In this document: in pieces, positions 1-12,439 of the stretch | Position numbering within the stretch: the stretch's first letter is position 1 | Layout: each line of letters starts with the position of its first letter | Assembly: GCF_004010195.1 (NCBI RefSeq) | Contig: NC_057719.1 | Span: 9,158,037-9,222,036 of the forward strand | From: Chiloscyllium plagiosum | Lineage: Eukaryota | Length of the DNA: 64,000 nucleotides | Direction of reading: 5' to 3' | The notes under the pieces: model-generated | Database searches by the model: none | What the model was told of the DNA's origin: nothing | What the model saw: only the letters and a program-made list of their open reading frames with translations | Made by a program: the position numbers and the translations under genes

Positions 1-272
1 AATTCTAACACCTGGCCTGGTTTGTTACCCAGAACCAAATCCAGTATGGCCTCACCTCTTGTTGGCCTGTCTACATATTGTGTCAGGAAACCCTCCTGCA
101 CACATTGGACAAACACCGACCCATCTAACGAACTCGAGCTATAGCTTTCCCAGTCAATATCAGGAAAGTTAAAGTCCCCCATAACAACCACCCTATTACT
201 TTCACACTTCTCCTGAATCATCCTCGCAATCCTTTCTTCTACGTCTTTAGGACTATTAGGAGGCCTGTAGAT
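1..272 (-). mobile_element. CR1/HER1-type LINE, APE endonuclease fragment
   Basis: Minus strand reads YRPPNSPKDVEERIARMIQEK...NRVVVMGDFNFPDIDW...VQEGFLTQYVDRPTRGEAILDLVLGN; YRPP, GDFN and PTR..ILDLVL are CR1 endonuclease motifs. Confidence 0.9.
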
Positions 273-417
273 CCCTGTGGAACACCACTGATCACCGAGC
301 TCCAGGCTGAATTTCTCCTGAATCATCCTCGCAATCCTTTCTTCTACGTCTTTAGGACTATTAGGAGGCCTGTAGATCCCTGTGGAACACCACTGATCAC
401 CGAGCTCCAGGCTGAAT
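208..417. repeat. Perfect 105-bp tandem duplication
   Basis: 208-312 and 313-417 are identical (ttctcctgaatc...ccaggctgaat). Confidence 0.95.
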
Positions 418-1135
418 ACTTTCCATCCACTACCAACATCTGCCTTCTATGGGCCAGCCAATTCTGTATCCAGATGGCCAAATTTCTCTGTATCCCATGC
501 CTCCCTCTTTTCTGAATGAGCCTACCCTGGGGAACCTGATCAAAAACCTTGCTAAAATTCATGCATACCGCATAAACTGCTCTATCTTCATCAATGTGTT
601 TTGTCACATCCTCAAACAATTTAATAATGTGACCTGCCCCTCATAAAATCATGCTGACTATCTCTGATCAAACTATGCTTTTCCAAGTAATCATAAATCC
701 TGTCTCTCAGAATCTTCTCCAATAATTTGCTCACTACCAACACAAGACTGACTGGTCTGTAATTCCCAAGATTATCCCTATTCCCTTTCTTGAACGAGGG
801 AATAGCATTTGCCACCCTCCAATCATCTGGCACTACTCCAGTGGACAGTGAGGATGCAAAGATCATCGCCAAAGACGCAGCAATCTCTTCCCTTCTCTTC
901 TCTAACTTTAGGTATATCCTGTCTGGCCCAGGGGACTTTATCTATTCTCATGTTTTTCAAACTATCCAGCACATCCTCCTTCTTGACATCTAACTGTTTG
1001 ATTATATCAGCCTGTTTCATGCTATCCTCACAAATGACAAGGTCCCTCTCAGCAGTGAATACTGAAGCAAAGTATTCATTAAGGACCTCCTCACCTCCTC
1101 TGACTGCAGGTACAAGTTCCCTCCACTATCCCTGA
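372..1135 (-). mobile_element. CR1/HER1-type LINE, decayed RT fragment
   Basis: ORFs 621-872 (VPDDWRVAN..PSFKKG..NYRPVSL) and 344-619 (FSKVFDQVPQGRL..WIQNWL..SGVPQGS), frameshifted. Confidence 0.92.
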
Positions 1136-1136
1136 T

Positions 1137-2080
1137 AGATGGATTGGCTATGCTCAATTGTCCATAATGTTCAGGGATGTGCAGGCTAGGTGGATTGGCC
1201 ATGGGAAGTGTCGGGTTACAGGGATAGGGTTGGGGTTGACTCTGCATGGGATGCTTTTCAGAGAGTCAGTGTGGATTTGATGCGCCGAATGAATGGAAGA
1301 GCCTTGGGAAAAGTTGACGGGCAGAGAGATCTGGGAGTGCAGGTCCATTGTACCCTGAAGGTTGCTGCACAGTTGGATAGAGTGGTCAAGAAGGCATATA
1401 GTATGGTTACCTTCATTGGACGGGGTATTGAGTATAAGAGCTGGGCAAGTCATGTTAAAATTGTACAAGACGTTGGTCCGGCTGCATTTAGAATACTGTG
1501 TACAGTTCTGGTCGCCACATTACCAAAAGGATGTGGACGCTTTGGAGAGGGTGCAGAGAAGGTTTACGAGGATGTTGCCTGGTATGGAAGGTGCTAACTA
1601 TGAAGACAGGTTGAGTAGGTTAGGATTATTTTCATTAGAAAAAAGGAGATTGAGGGGGGGACCTGATTGAGGTTTACAAAATCATGAAGGGTATAGACAG
1701 GGTGGACAGAGACAAGCTTTTTCCCAGGGTGAAGGATTCAATAATGAGAGGTCACGCTTTCAAGGTGAGAGGTGGAAGGTTTAATGGGGATACACGTGAT
1801 AAGTACTTCACACAGAGAGTGGTGGGCATTTGGAACGCATTGCCAGCGGAGGTGGTAGAGGCAGGCATGGTAGATTCATTTAAGATGCGTCTGGACAGAT
1901 GCATGAGTAGGTGGGGAGCAGAGGGATACAAATGCTTAGGAATTGACCGACAGGTTTAGACAGTACATTTTGATTGGCTTAGGCTTGGAGGGCCGAAGGG
2001 CCTGTTCCTGGGCTGTAAATTTTCTTTGTTCTTTGTTCTTTGAATGGCCTGCTTCCACACTGTAGGGATTCCATGACTCT
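1137..2080 (+). mobile_element. HE1-related SINE 3' half split by a CR1 insertion
   Basis: SINE body at 1137-1291 stops at ccgaatg and resumes at 2042 with gaatggcctgcttccacactgtagggattc. Confidence 0.75.
1292..2041 (+). mobile_element. 5'-truncated CR1 LINE 3' end with (TTTGTTC)n tail
   Basis: LYKTLVRLHLEYCVQFWSPHYQKDVDALERVQRRFTRM; frameshift in a G-run near 1655; FTQRVVGIWNALP; 3'UTR and simple-repeat tail. Same subfamily at 42791-43028. Confidence 0.93.
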
Positions 2081-2606
2081 TACTGAGATTAACAAGTGAA
2101 AGTAAGGGAAGGACTACATCAGATCGCTCAGTGACCTTCTCAGGCAAATCAGGCGAAGATGGGCAGAGTCAGTGCATCCATGCAGCAATAGAGAATTCCA
2201 CTTTAATGCGGAATGCGTTTTTTCTTTAGATCATGTGATGTTCATGGATGGACTGCCTGTCCTAAGTTACCCTTGAGGAAGTGGTGGTGAGCCACCTTTT
2301 GAAACAGCGACCGTCTCCATGGTGTGGAATGACCCATCACAAGTCTGTGTCTGTGTTTACGTGCACAGTTTAATTGCAAAATTATACACTCCTCCAAGAA
2401 TGTGTGTGAACCATGTTAAGGTCATCCAGGAAAACCCCCCCATGTCAAATTATGTGAAGAGGTTGCTGAAGGGAAGGGGAGAGGGTGTAAATTTTGGTAT
2501 TTCGAAGGTGTTCTGGTCAAAACATTCCAGCTATTGATAGCAACAGGTCGGCAACATAGAGAGAAACCATTTCCACTGATTGGGCATGGATCCTTCAGCA
2601 GAGAAG

Positions 2607-2787
2607 GATTAGATTAGATTCCCTACAGTGTGGCAACAGGCCCTTCGGCCCAACCAGTCCACACCGACCCTCCGAAGAGTAACCCACCCAGATCCATTTC
2701 CCTCTGTCTAATGCACTTAGCACTATGGACAATTTAGCATGGCCAATTCACCTGACCTGCACATCCTTGGACTGTGGGAGGAAACCA
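2607..2787 (-). mobile_element. HE1 V-SINE, 3' part
   Basis: (GATTA)n tail followed by ccctacagtgtgg..caggcccttcggcc..gggaggaaacc. Confidence 0.85.
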
Positions 2788-2789
2788 CA

Positions 2790-3137
2790 CAATGACCATG
2801 AAACCATTGTCAATTTTTGGGGAAAAATCCCTCACGTAGTTCACGAACACCTTTTCGGGAGGGAAATCTGCTGTCCTCATGTGGTCTTGCCTACATGTGA
2901 CTCCAGACCCCACAGCAATGTGGTTGATTTTTCTCAAAACATAATCTCTACAGTGTGGAATCAGGCACTTTGGCCCATCCAGTCCACACCGACCCTCCAA
3001 TGGCCATCCCACCCAGACCCACCCCTTTGACCTATCCCTGAAACCCTGCATTTCGACTCTTAGCTGCCCTCTGGGCAATTAGGGATAATCAATAAATGCT
3101 GGCCCAGCCAGTGATGACTAAACCATGAATGAATAAA
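2790..3137 (+). mobile_element. Second SINE family (gggaaatctgc..ctacatgtgactccagacc..gggcaattaggg..aataaatgctggccc tail), containing an HE1 tail piece at 2947-3055
   Basis: Same sequence recurs at 33450-33765 (+), 50270-50715 (-) and 3925-4210. Family name not assigned. Confidence 0.7.
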
Positions 3138-3377
3138 ACAAAGATATTACATCCATAGCAAAATTCATTTTGAGATTGACAGACCTTTGTTAACTACAAA
3201 TAGGGTAGGATAAGGAGCACAGGTTGGTCTATGGTGTGAGGTCACAGATTAGCTACTTATGGAATGGTGGAATTGAGCCAAAGGCTGAATGGCCTTCCCC
3301 TTTGCTCTTGCCTTCATCCATTATCAGCACACCAGAAATTTAACTTTGACGCACACTTACAGTCCCATTGATGGAAG

Positions 3378-3800
3378 GAATTTGCATTTATATAAAGACT
3401 TCCATGACTTCAGAATATGCCAAAATAATTTACATCCAATTAAGCACTTGCTAAGTGTAATCATTGATATGCTTTACTAAGAGCACTATCCAACGCAATA
3501 CACGGCAGCAAATATAGACCCAGCAAGCTCTGATATGAAAATGACCTGATAATGTTTATTTTAATAATGTTGGCTGATGGATAAAATATAGGCTAAGACT
3601 CCACCCCCAATTTGTTCTTGAAAGAGAGGTATCAGATCTTTTCTGCCTGTCTGAGAAAGCTGATGGAGGCTCAGCCAGACAACTCCTCTAAAGGATGTGA
3701 TCTCCCATACTGCAGTGCTCCCTTACTGGTTAGATCATGTACTCAAATGTGGAAAAGAAGTGGAGCTTAAACTCTCAGGAACAAGGACAGCACTGAGACT
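3378..3800 (-). mobile_element. Old Deu-domain SINE relic (SacSINE1/AmnSINE1-like)
   Basis: Reverse complement resembles the Deu core (cagta..agggagcactgcagt..aaaagatc..tatttt.tcc.tca.ccaaca). Highly diverged. Confidence 0.55.
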
Positions 3801-4320
3801 GAAATATCACTGCTGCATTTCTCAATGTACACCTCAGGCCATGCACCACAAGGAAGAGGGAAATCATTAGCCAAAGGGAGCCGCTTTGAAGGAACTGAGA
3901 GAATGGGAGATGAAAGATTTGCTTCTTTCATACCCATATGGGATATAGAGCTTGCTAGCAAGGCCAGCAATTATTGCCTACCCCTTGTTGCCCTTGAACT
4001 GAGTGGCTCACTCGGCCATTTCAGAAGGCAGTAAAGAGTTAACCACAATACCTTGGGAGTGGGGAGTCACATGTGGGCCAGACTACATAAGGATGATAGA
4101 CTTCCTTGCCTCAACAACATCTGCTGTTAGAAGGTCCTTTAGGGAAGGAAGTTCAAATTCCTTGCATGGTCTTGGTCCACATGTGAATCCATACCCACAA
4201 CAATGTGACTAACCCTGTGTTGATTAAAGACTAAAAGTCTCCATTGTATGCAGTTTAAATGGCAAATTTACAGCAAATGGGCTACCGAGTCTATTTAATC
4301 AGCACACTACCACAACAGTC

Positions 4321-4453
4321 AAGGCAGAAGTGGGTACTGCAGATGCTGGAGATTAGAGTCAAGATTAGAGCGGTGCTGGAAAAGCACAGCAGGTCAGGCA
4401 GTATCCGAGGAACAGGATAATCGACGTTTTGGGCCAGAGCCCTTCATCAGGAA
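4321..4453 (-). mobile_element. PLE terminal fragment with mutated hammerhead core
   Basis: Minus strand CTGATGA-A-GGGC-TCTG-GCCC-aAAAC-GTC; aacagtc occurs on both flanks. Confidence 0.75.
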
Positions 4454-5378
4454 GCAAACAGTCCACAGAGTCTACTCAAAGGGAATCTCTCTGAATTACA
4501 GCCGAGTCCATTAAAACAAAGGGATGATTTTCACCATATATCTCAGGCGCTGAGCGGTTTATGTTCGATTGTTTCCAAAAATGTGAAGAGAATTACTTTC
4601 CAGGAAACTTTCCCAAGATTCTACGACATTCTAACAACAATCATTCCCAAACTTCACCAAAAACAATCACCCAAACAGAATTAATGTTTCGGTTTTCCAT
4701 CTAATTCAACACCTTCTAAGTCAGTGTTTTCCAAATTTTCTCCAACTTTGAAACCATGTCAAGTCTTAAAACTTGACCTGACTTCTCAATCTCGGGAGCT
4801 GGGGCCTGTGAGTAGCAACTTATACATTTTGCACTGTACTCATTTGAATGCATGTGACAGTAAAGCTAATTCTACCTCTGTTCTGTTAGAGAGTGGGGAA
4901 ATCAGCAAGGATAACTTGGTCGGATAGTTCCACAATGGCTATGGCTGTCTCAGTGCTCACGGCCTGAAAGTTCCAGCTTGTCATTCCACTTGGGATCCTG
5001 ATGACCATATTTCAGGCAGATCTGTTTTAACAATCATCGGGAGAAAAAGAGGTGTGTTTTGTTGTGGGCATCTTGCTCAGGTACCATCTTGGCCAGAATG
5101 AGCAAATGAGGCTAGGGAGAACACCATCACCTGCAGGAGAGAAGACAAAATGGGCTCCTTTCACCTTATGAGTACAGGAATCATTGAATCCCTACTGTGT
5201 GGAAAGAGGACATTTGTTCCTTCGAAGAACACCCACCCAGACCAAAGCCCATCCTACCCTCAATTAAACATGGCCAAACCACCTAACTTGCACATCTTTT
5301 GGACTGATGAGGCAGAGTTCTTTTGCTCAAAGGCATTAATGAACCAGATGGCTCTTTAATGATAAATTTACAGGTGCA

Positions 5379-5704
5379 ATTAGATTAGATTAGATTAGAT
5401 TACAGTGTGGAAACAGGTCCTTCGGCCCAACAAGTCCACACCGACCCGCCGAAACGCAACCCACCCAGACCCATTCCCCTACATTTACCTCTTCACCTAA
5501 GACTACGGGCAATTTTGCATGGCCAATTCACCTGACCTGCACATCTTTGGACTGTGGGAGGAAACCGGAGTATCCGGAGGAAACCCACGCAGCCACGGGG
5601 AGAATGAGCAAACTCCACACAGTCAGTCGCCTGAGGTGGGAATTGAACCCGGGTCTCTGGTGCTGTGAGGCAGCAGTGCTAACCACTGTGCCACCGTGCC
5701 GCCC
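5379..5704 (-). mobile_element. Full-length HE1 V-SINE
   Basis: tRNA-like head (A box TGGCACAGTGGT, B box GGTTCAATTCC), V-domain, CR1-like tail and (TAATC)n; caattag on both flanks. Confidence 0.93.
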
Positions 5705-6194
5705 AATTAGGCTAGCTTGTTATTCAAAATTCACCATCTGCCATGCTGGGAGTTGAACCCACATCCCTGGAACATTAGTCTGAGGTTCTAGATTACAACG
5801 CCAGTGACATTCTGATTAGATCAGTGCCTGCTCCTCTAGACATGTCCAATCACAGCGGGCATCAATTAACCATAAAACTCAATTTTCACATTGACAACAC
5901 ATCTATTTAATGTCAATTTGCAACCTTGAGCAAAAGCAGCCTCCAGAATCCCTATGACTGACAGTGAACAGATCGTGACCAAACTACAGCAAAGTCTCCC
6001 AGGAAAAGTCGGGTCCTTTCTCCAGCAAACAGTGGGGGTAGTGGAGGAAGGTTCCAGACCCCAAATGAATTGCATGACATATCAATCCAAATCACTTACA
6101 ATGGTAAAGTGGTGGGTAGAAGTTGGGAGGGCTATGAGTGTTGGAAAAGGGGCAAAAGAATGGTGTTGTAGATTACCTCCTTAGCTCAATAATT

Positions 6195-6640
6195 GTGGCA
6201 GCCTCAGTAGTTAGGACTGCTGCCTCACAGCGTCAAGAACCAGGGTTCTATTCCACCCTTGAGTGACTGTCTGTGTGGAGTTTGCCTGTTTTCCCTGTGT
6301 CTACATGGGTTTCCTCCACAGTTCGAGAGTGTGTAAGTTAGGTGGATTGGTCATCATGAAGGGCTCCTGCCTGAAACATAAATTTTCCTGTTCCTCGGAT
6401 GCTACCTGACCTGCTGCACCATTTCCTCACCTTTTCCAGCACCATTCTCATCTTGACTCTAATCTCCAGCATCTGCAGTCCTCACTTTCGCCATGCTAAA
6501 TTGCCCCATAGTGTCCAGAGATGTGCAGGCTAGGTGAATTAACCATGTGAAATACAGACCTACAGGGTTGGGATAGAGAGTTGGTATGACTCACGGGCCG
6601 AATGGCCTGCTTCCACACTATACAGATTCCATGAATCTTG
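6195..6640 (+). mobile_element. HE1-related SINE with a nested PLE terminal fragment (about 6355-6491)
   Basis: SINE breaks at ggattggtcat and resumes at gccatgctaaattgccc. Confidence 0.75.
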
Positions 6641-7887
6641 ATAGGGCTATTCATGTCGCTATAAGTGGCTTTATGAAACAGTCAATCATTCTTTGTGTGT
6701 AAGCACCCATCTTGCCCTAGAAAAGCATCGCCTAGCAACAGCAGCCAATGCAAGGTTCCCCCTCTCTCTATGTTGGGTCTATAAATAAACCACTTCAGAT
6801 AACTGAGGATGAAGAAAGAGACAGTGTAGGAGTAATGGTAATGATGGCTACTATGCAACATTATCATGTCATCTTACTGTTCCGAACACAAGTGAGAATA
6901 TAGATGAACACAAGACTATTCTCTCCAAGTTGGCCATCACTCTCCAGAGGCTACATGTTCTAAATAAAATTGAAGAGACATTTAAAGCAACTTGGAATCT
7001 ACAAGGTTAAAACCCCATTGATGAATCCTAAATAGGTTTTTGGGTTATTAAGCCTCATTGTTTTCTTTATGTGAAATATATTTTATGTGCCTATGTGCAA
7101 GTGTGTGCGTTATTTTAAACTGTTGTCTGGTCTATTGCTGTATTATCAGTGGGCCACCTGTATTCTGATTAGCTTTGAACCTTTTAACCCAATGGGTTAT
7201 TAAGTAGAAAATTAGCTGTCACTGGAGTTGATGCACAGGCAATTGGCTTTCAAGAAAAAAAGCTTTAATTCCCCCTGCAAGGAGGTGCCTCTGTTGATAG
7301 CGAAGGTTATTTTTCCCCTCAAAGCACAGTCTCTTTATCTTCGTTCCCTTGATGAGGCCTGTTCGCCACCATCCCCCCCCACAACCGCCACCATCCCCTA
7401 CCCCCCACCCGCCAACACTTCCACTTTCAGAGAGATCCATAAAAAACAAACCATCTAGGTCCTAGCTTCTTTTGCAAGTGGCTTTTTCTCACACTGTAAT
7501 TTAACGAATGATCCTTATTATTATTAATTAGTACCAGGGATGCTGACCTTTTCCTCATTGTGTTTGCTCTTCATGGGTTTTTGAATGAGGATTTGTGACC
7601 CAATTTGTTTTTTGCTGGTCTTCTGACTGTAAGTCAGCTTCCCCTTTCATCTTTCCTGAAGGAGTCCATCCTCAGTCCAAATGAAATTAAACACAGAAAG
7701 AGCTTCAAATACTTGGCAGATCAGTCACTGTGAGGAGAGGGAGACAGGGGTTTCAGAACGCAGTAAAGCGCCACTGATCTAAAGCCCTTCTCTCTCCACA
7801 GACAGTTTCTGATCAAAGACACACAACAATAAAACCTTACTCTAACTTTCATTCCCTACTTTTATAATCTGTGCCATGACTGATTAA

Positions 7888-8002
7888 GGCAAGTCAAAAA
7901 GTGTGGCGCTGGAAAAGCTTATGCCTGAAACATTGACTCTCCTGCAATCCTGATGGAGGGCTTAAGCCCAAAACGTCGATTCTCCTGCTCCTCGGACGCT
8001 GC
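7888..8002. mobile_element. Rearranged PLE terminal fragment
   Basis: aatc-CTGATGg-A-GGGC-TTAA-GCCC-aAAAC-GTC-gatt; core mutated. Confidence 0.65.
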
Positions 8003-8004
8003 TA

Positions 8005-8210
8005 CTCCACTTTCAAGGAGCTATGAACCTTACTCCAAGGTCTCTTCTTTTCAGCAACATCCCCTAGGACCTTACCATTAAGTGTATAAGTCCTGCTCTG
8101 ATTTGCTTTCCCAAAATGCAGCACCTTGCATTTATCTAAATTAAACTCTGTCTGCCACTCCTCAGCCCATTGGCCCACCTGAACAAGATCCCATTGTAAT
8201 CTGAGGTAAC
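8005..8210 (-). mobile_element. CR1 RT fragment
   Basis: Reverse complement matches the CR1 segment seen on + at 13540-13740 (MEFN..KCKVLHFGKAN..TYTLNGKVLG). Confidence 0.85.
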
Positions 8211-8454
8211 CCTAATGAGCTGAATGGGCTATTTGTGCTCCTTATGGTCTTATAGTGATGGAAAAGTATCTCATGGATGTGGATACAGCAGAAAAAATGG
8301 CGAAAGAGAAAGAAAAGTTTATAAAAGCCAATATTAAACTCAAACAACAAAAGCTAATTCCATCTGACCGTATTGGAACAGGATCTGTTTATGGTAGAAA
8401 ACAGGAACTTGACACTAGATTCGGTTTCACATTGGAAAGGTAGAGTGGAAACTT

Positions 8455-8820
8455 AGAGAATAGGAGCAGGAGGAGACCATTCGGCCCTTCGAGCCTGCTC
8501 TGCCATTCAATATGATCATGGCTGATCATCCAACTCAATATCCTATTCCTACTTTTTTTTTCCCCATTGATCCTTCTAGCTCCAAATGCTATGTCAAAAT
8601 TTCTCTTGAAATCATACAATGTTTTGGCCTTGACAGCTTTCACTGGCCATGAATTCACACAAGCTCACCACTCTCTGGCTGAAGAGATTCTTTCTCGTCT
8701 CAGTCCTGAGTAGTCTCGTCAGACTGTGAGCCCTGGTTCTGGACTCCCTGTCATGGGGAACATTCTTCCTCCATCTACCCTGTGTAGTCCTGATGGTGTT
8801 TAGAATTTTATAGGTTTCCA
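8455..8820 (-). mobile_element. CR1 3' end
   Basis: METYKIL..FSQRVVSL plus 3'UTR (ggctcgaagggccgaatgg..tcctgctcctatt). Confidence 0.85.
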
Positions 8821-9423
8821 ACTTACACTGGAAGTGGAGTGAAGAATAGGTACTCGATCACAGCTATTGTTCTGTGTCTCTACTGCAACAGCACTGAGAT
8901 TAATCAACTCAAAAGCCTGGGGGGACCCCAGAAAAGAATATATATACAAACATATATATAAATTGAGCAAGGCTCACTGGAGCTCACTGATGCCAGGTAG
9001 TCATTTTTCATATGTAACAATCACAGAACTGTGTCTGGCGTCTCTGCGTTTCAGCGAGTTGCTTCAGGTACAGTCGACAGGCAAAGGGTCTGAGTCAATC
9101 AGCTCACCTCAGAGATCTTCTGTCTTCTCTAAGTGACTGGTGGCATACATGGATCTTTTACTGAGGATTGTGAGCCGCATTTACTCTTTTCATGCTCCAA
9201 CTGACCTCCACGTTTGGATGCTCAGCCACCGTCTATGCCAAGGGACCTGCTTTGCTCCCCCTGCTTCAGATTAACAATTACGCCCCTCCCCCTACCGGCC
9301 TGCCCCAACCCACCTCCCCGTCCTAGCGACAAAGTCTCACGCCCACCTCTCCCCCTTCCCACCAGTATATGTCACCTTCTGCAGCTTTGCCTCCACCCCC
9401 TCCTTTATCACTGCTAAAAAAAA

Positions 9424-9503
9424 CACACAACACCAGGTTATACTCCAAAAGGTTTATTTGGAAGCACTAGCTTTCAGAGTGCAACTCCTTCGTCAGGTAA
9501 GTA
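9424..9503 (-). ncRNA. PLE-type minimal hammerhead ribozyme motif (family D terminus)
   Basis: Minus strand 9499-9465: tac-CTGACGA-A-GGAGT-TGC-ACTCT-GAAA-GC-TA-gtg. Core intact; helix III is a palindromic AGCT; helix I is only 3 bp. Confidence 0.6.
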
Positions 9504-9667
9504 GTCTGTAGCTCATGTGTGTTCTGAAATGTTTATATTACGTAGCCCATCGTTGTGGCTCACAGCAATGAGAATAACATACATTTATGTCTTGTTTTTA
9601 CAGTGGCAAACCATCCCAAGATGCTTTGCAGGATCTTCATTAGTGAGGAATTATGGGAAGGGCCTGA

Positions 9668-9876
9668 ATAGATTTGATTTATTATTGTCACATGTGCCCA
9701 GGTACAGTGAAAACTTTTGTTTTGCGGACAGTACACACAGAACAAAACATGCAAAATGCATTAGGGTAATGGAACAGAGTGAAGAATATCAAATATCGGC
9801 TGCAGAGAAGGTGCACAGAGAGAAACTTTGAGAATGCTGTTGGAAATTCTGGTAAACTTAGAATTGAGGTTTCGAA
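9668..9876 (-). mobile_element. Rex1/Babar LINE 3' end (copy 1 of a local duplication)
   Basis: gatttgatttattattgtcaca tail matches the Rex copy at 48717; near-copy at 10626-10835. Confidence 0.65.
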
Positions 9877-9989
9877 GAGCAGAACGATTCTATGTCAGAA
9901 TAAGATCTGCTGTAGACAGCTCACAACATGTTACCACATTCCGGCGCTATCTTGAATTGGGTTGGACTTGTACTCATCCGAGTTCAGGA

Positions 9990-10525
9990 GATGAGAGAAG
10001 ACTATTAAAAGACATTTGGGTAAGTACATGAATAGGAAAGTTTTGGAGGGTTATGGGCCAGGAGCAGGCAGGTGGGACTAGTTTAGTTTGGGATTATGGT
10101 TGGCATGGACTGGTTGGACCAAAGGGTCTGTTTCTGTGCTGTATGACTCTATGACGATGTAAGATTTGTAAGGGATTTGCCAGAATCAACTCAGGGAGGT
10201 TATTTCCCCTTTGTTGGAGAGTCTAGGATTGGGGGCATAATCTCAGAGTTATGAGTCACCCAGTTGAGAGACAGGATTAGGAACATTTTTTTTCTCTCTC
10301 AGACAATTGTGAACATTGAAATTCTTTCCCACAGAGAGCTGTTGAGGCAGGGTCTTTAAGTACATGTAAGGCTGAGTTAGGCAAATGTTTAATTAGTAAG
10401 GGAGTTAAAGGAAAAAGGAAGGAAAGTGGAGTTGAGGATTATCAGATCAGCCATGATCCCATTGAATGGCCGACTGGACACGTTGGGCTAAATGACCAAT
10501 CTCGGTTTCGACATCTTATGGTGTA
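9990..10525 (+). mobile_element. Two CR1 3' ends
   Basis: aaaagacatttgg..gggtctgtttctgtgctgtatgactctatgac (9990-10155); an older subfamily at 10195-10525. Confidence 0.75.
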
Positions 10526-10625
10526 AATTGGCCCGGAGCCAGCTGATGTGTTATTAAGAGTAGTAACCAAAAGCTTGGCCATGGAGGTGGGTTGTAAGGA
10601 GAAGTGTTTGGGGAGGGAATGCGTA

Positions 10626-10835
10626 GATTTGATTTGATTTATTATTGTCACGTTTGCCTTGGTACAATAAAAAGTTTTGACTGCGTGCAGTACAGGTAGA
10701 TCATACCATACAAAGTGTATGAGGGTAATAGAAGAGAGTGAGGAATACAATGTTACTGCTGTAGAGAGGGTGCACAGAGAGAAAATTTGAGAATACTGTT
10801 AGAAATTCTGATAGCCTTAGAATTGAGGTTTAGAA
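10626..10835 (-). mobile_element. Rex1/Babar LINE 3' end (copy 2)
   Basis: Aligns with 9668-9876, including the non-Rex continuation ttgagaat.ctgtt.gaaattctg. Confidence 0.65.
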
Positions 10836-11081
10836 TGACAGAGGTAAGGATCTGGGCAGATGAGAACATGACCACATTGACTTTGAACAATGCAGCCTAG
10901 AACAGGCCCTTCAGCCCTCAAACTTGTGTGGGATTCCTTTTCATGTGAGCTGGCAGTCTTTCCACAAAGCCTTCCTTTAGTCTTTCATTAACATTGGTTG
11001 TTTCTGGCAAGATAGGCATTTATTGCCCACTCCTAACTGACTGGCTTGCTCAGCCATTTCAGAGAGTAAAGAGTCAACCAT

Positions 11082-11305
11082 GTTAGCGAGTTTTGAGAAG
11101 ATTTGTAGCTCAGGTCGAGGTTCTGGATGTAAGTTTGCTCGCTGAGCTGGAAGGGCCGAAGGGCCTGTTTCCACACTGTAATGTAATCTAATCTAATCTA
11201 GAAAACTAGCCACCAGGATACATGAACATCAACTAGTCACAAAAAGACATGACCCTCTCTCACTGTTGTGGTTCTGTTCGCCGAGCTGGAAGTTTGTGTT
11301 GCAAA
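11082..11305. mobile_element. Penelope-like element fragments with an HE1 tail inside
   Basis: 11200-11262 (+) reads RKLATRIHEHQLVTKRHDPLS, the R..EH motif of the GIY-YIG endonuclease. Flanked by two copies of ..ttcg/ctcg-c.gagctggaag terminal-like sequence; HE1 tail at 11151-11200. Confidence 0.7.
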
Positions 11306-12439
11306 ATTTTCTTGGTGCCGAACAGGTTTACTTGCAAGTATTTCTGCAATCAACAAAACGTCTATGTTTGTGCCAATGGCTCAGCTCCTCATAGATTCTG
11401 TGGTGTCTATTTACCCTGCTCTGAGTCCACATTCAGGCTTAACTAATCCAGCACAGTGAGCCTGGATTGCCAGTCTCATACAATTGAGCGCAGAACAAGT
11501 GAACAATTTGCACTGCTGTTACCAAAAGCAGTAAAATGAGGAAAGATCCAGGAACTGGAAACAGGACAAAGGAAGGGTGTATCCATGGCAATGTGAAAAG
11601 TTTGGAGAATGAGTAGAACATTCAATGGTTGGGCCACTGAGCCAGGATCCCTCTTTGCAAATTGTCCCAAAGTGAACTCTCTCACCAACAAACATTATTG
11701 CCAATCATGACGAGTAACATTAAAAGTTGGAGTAAGGGGAGTGCTTCCCTACGTCATGTCAGGAATTATACACATTATCACAGGCCATAGATAGAGACCT
11801 GTTTAATAAACGCACAGGATTTTGTTCAGTTAATATCATTTAATCTACCTGCAAATACATCTGACAAGCTATTGATTGAATGTGGAGACCACTGGAGTTT
11901 CTAATGTAGAGACTAATTTACATTAAAAATCAGTTAAAATGAATCCCATGCAAGATTAAATATGCTAAATAGCAGGAGCACACTAATTTGCTTCACCTAT
12001 TTTGAGCAAGTAACTGTCTAAATATGTGATCAACTATCATTTGTCACACTTACTCTCTACGTTGAAGAATGTAGGAGGTGACTACTCATCTTTTTCTTTG
12101 CATCAGGATAAGAGCATTACTGGTGCGTGAAAGGAATCTAATTTGTCAGGGAGTTGTATTTTTTTAAGGGTGCTTGTTTAGTTGAGTTGCAGCCATGATG
12201 GTGTGTGTCGAATATATTATGCTGGTGCCTCAGAATAGATTGGAGGCCTCAAATATATTGCGGTTCCACGCTCAGGAGAATCGCACCAGAAATGTTTCAT
12301 CCACGCCCTGCACATCCCCACATCGAAGATCTCCTCCCAGGCTTCTGTAGGGATAAAGGTCTGAGGATGAGAACTTGTTTGTGTGGGCTAGGAAGGAAAA
12401 CTGAAGGAAGGAGAACCTCAGAAGGTTGGAAACTTTGAC

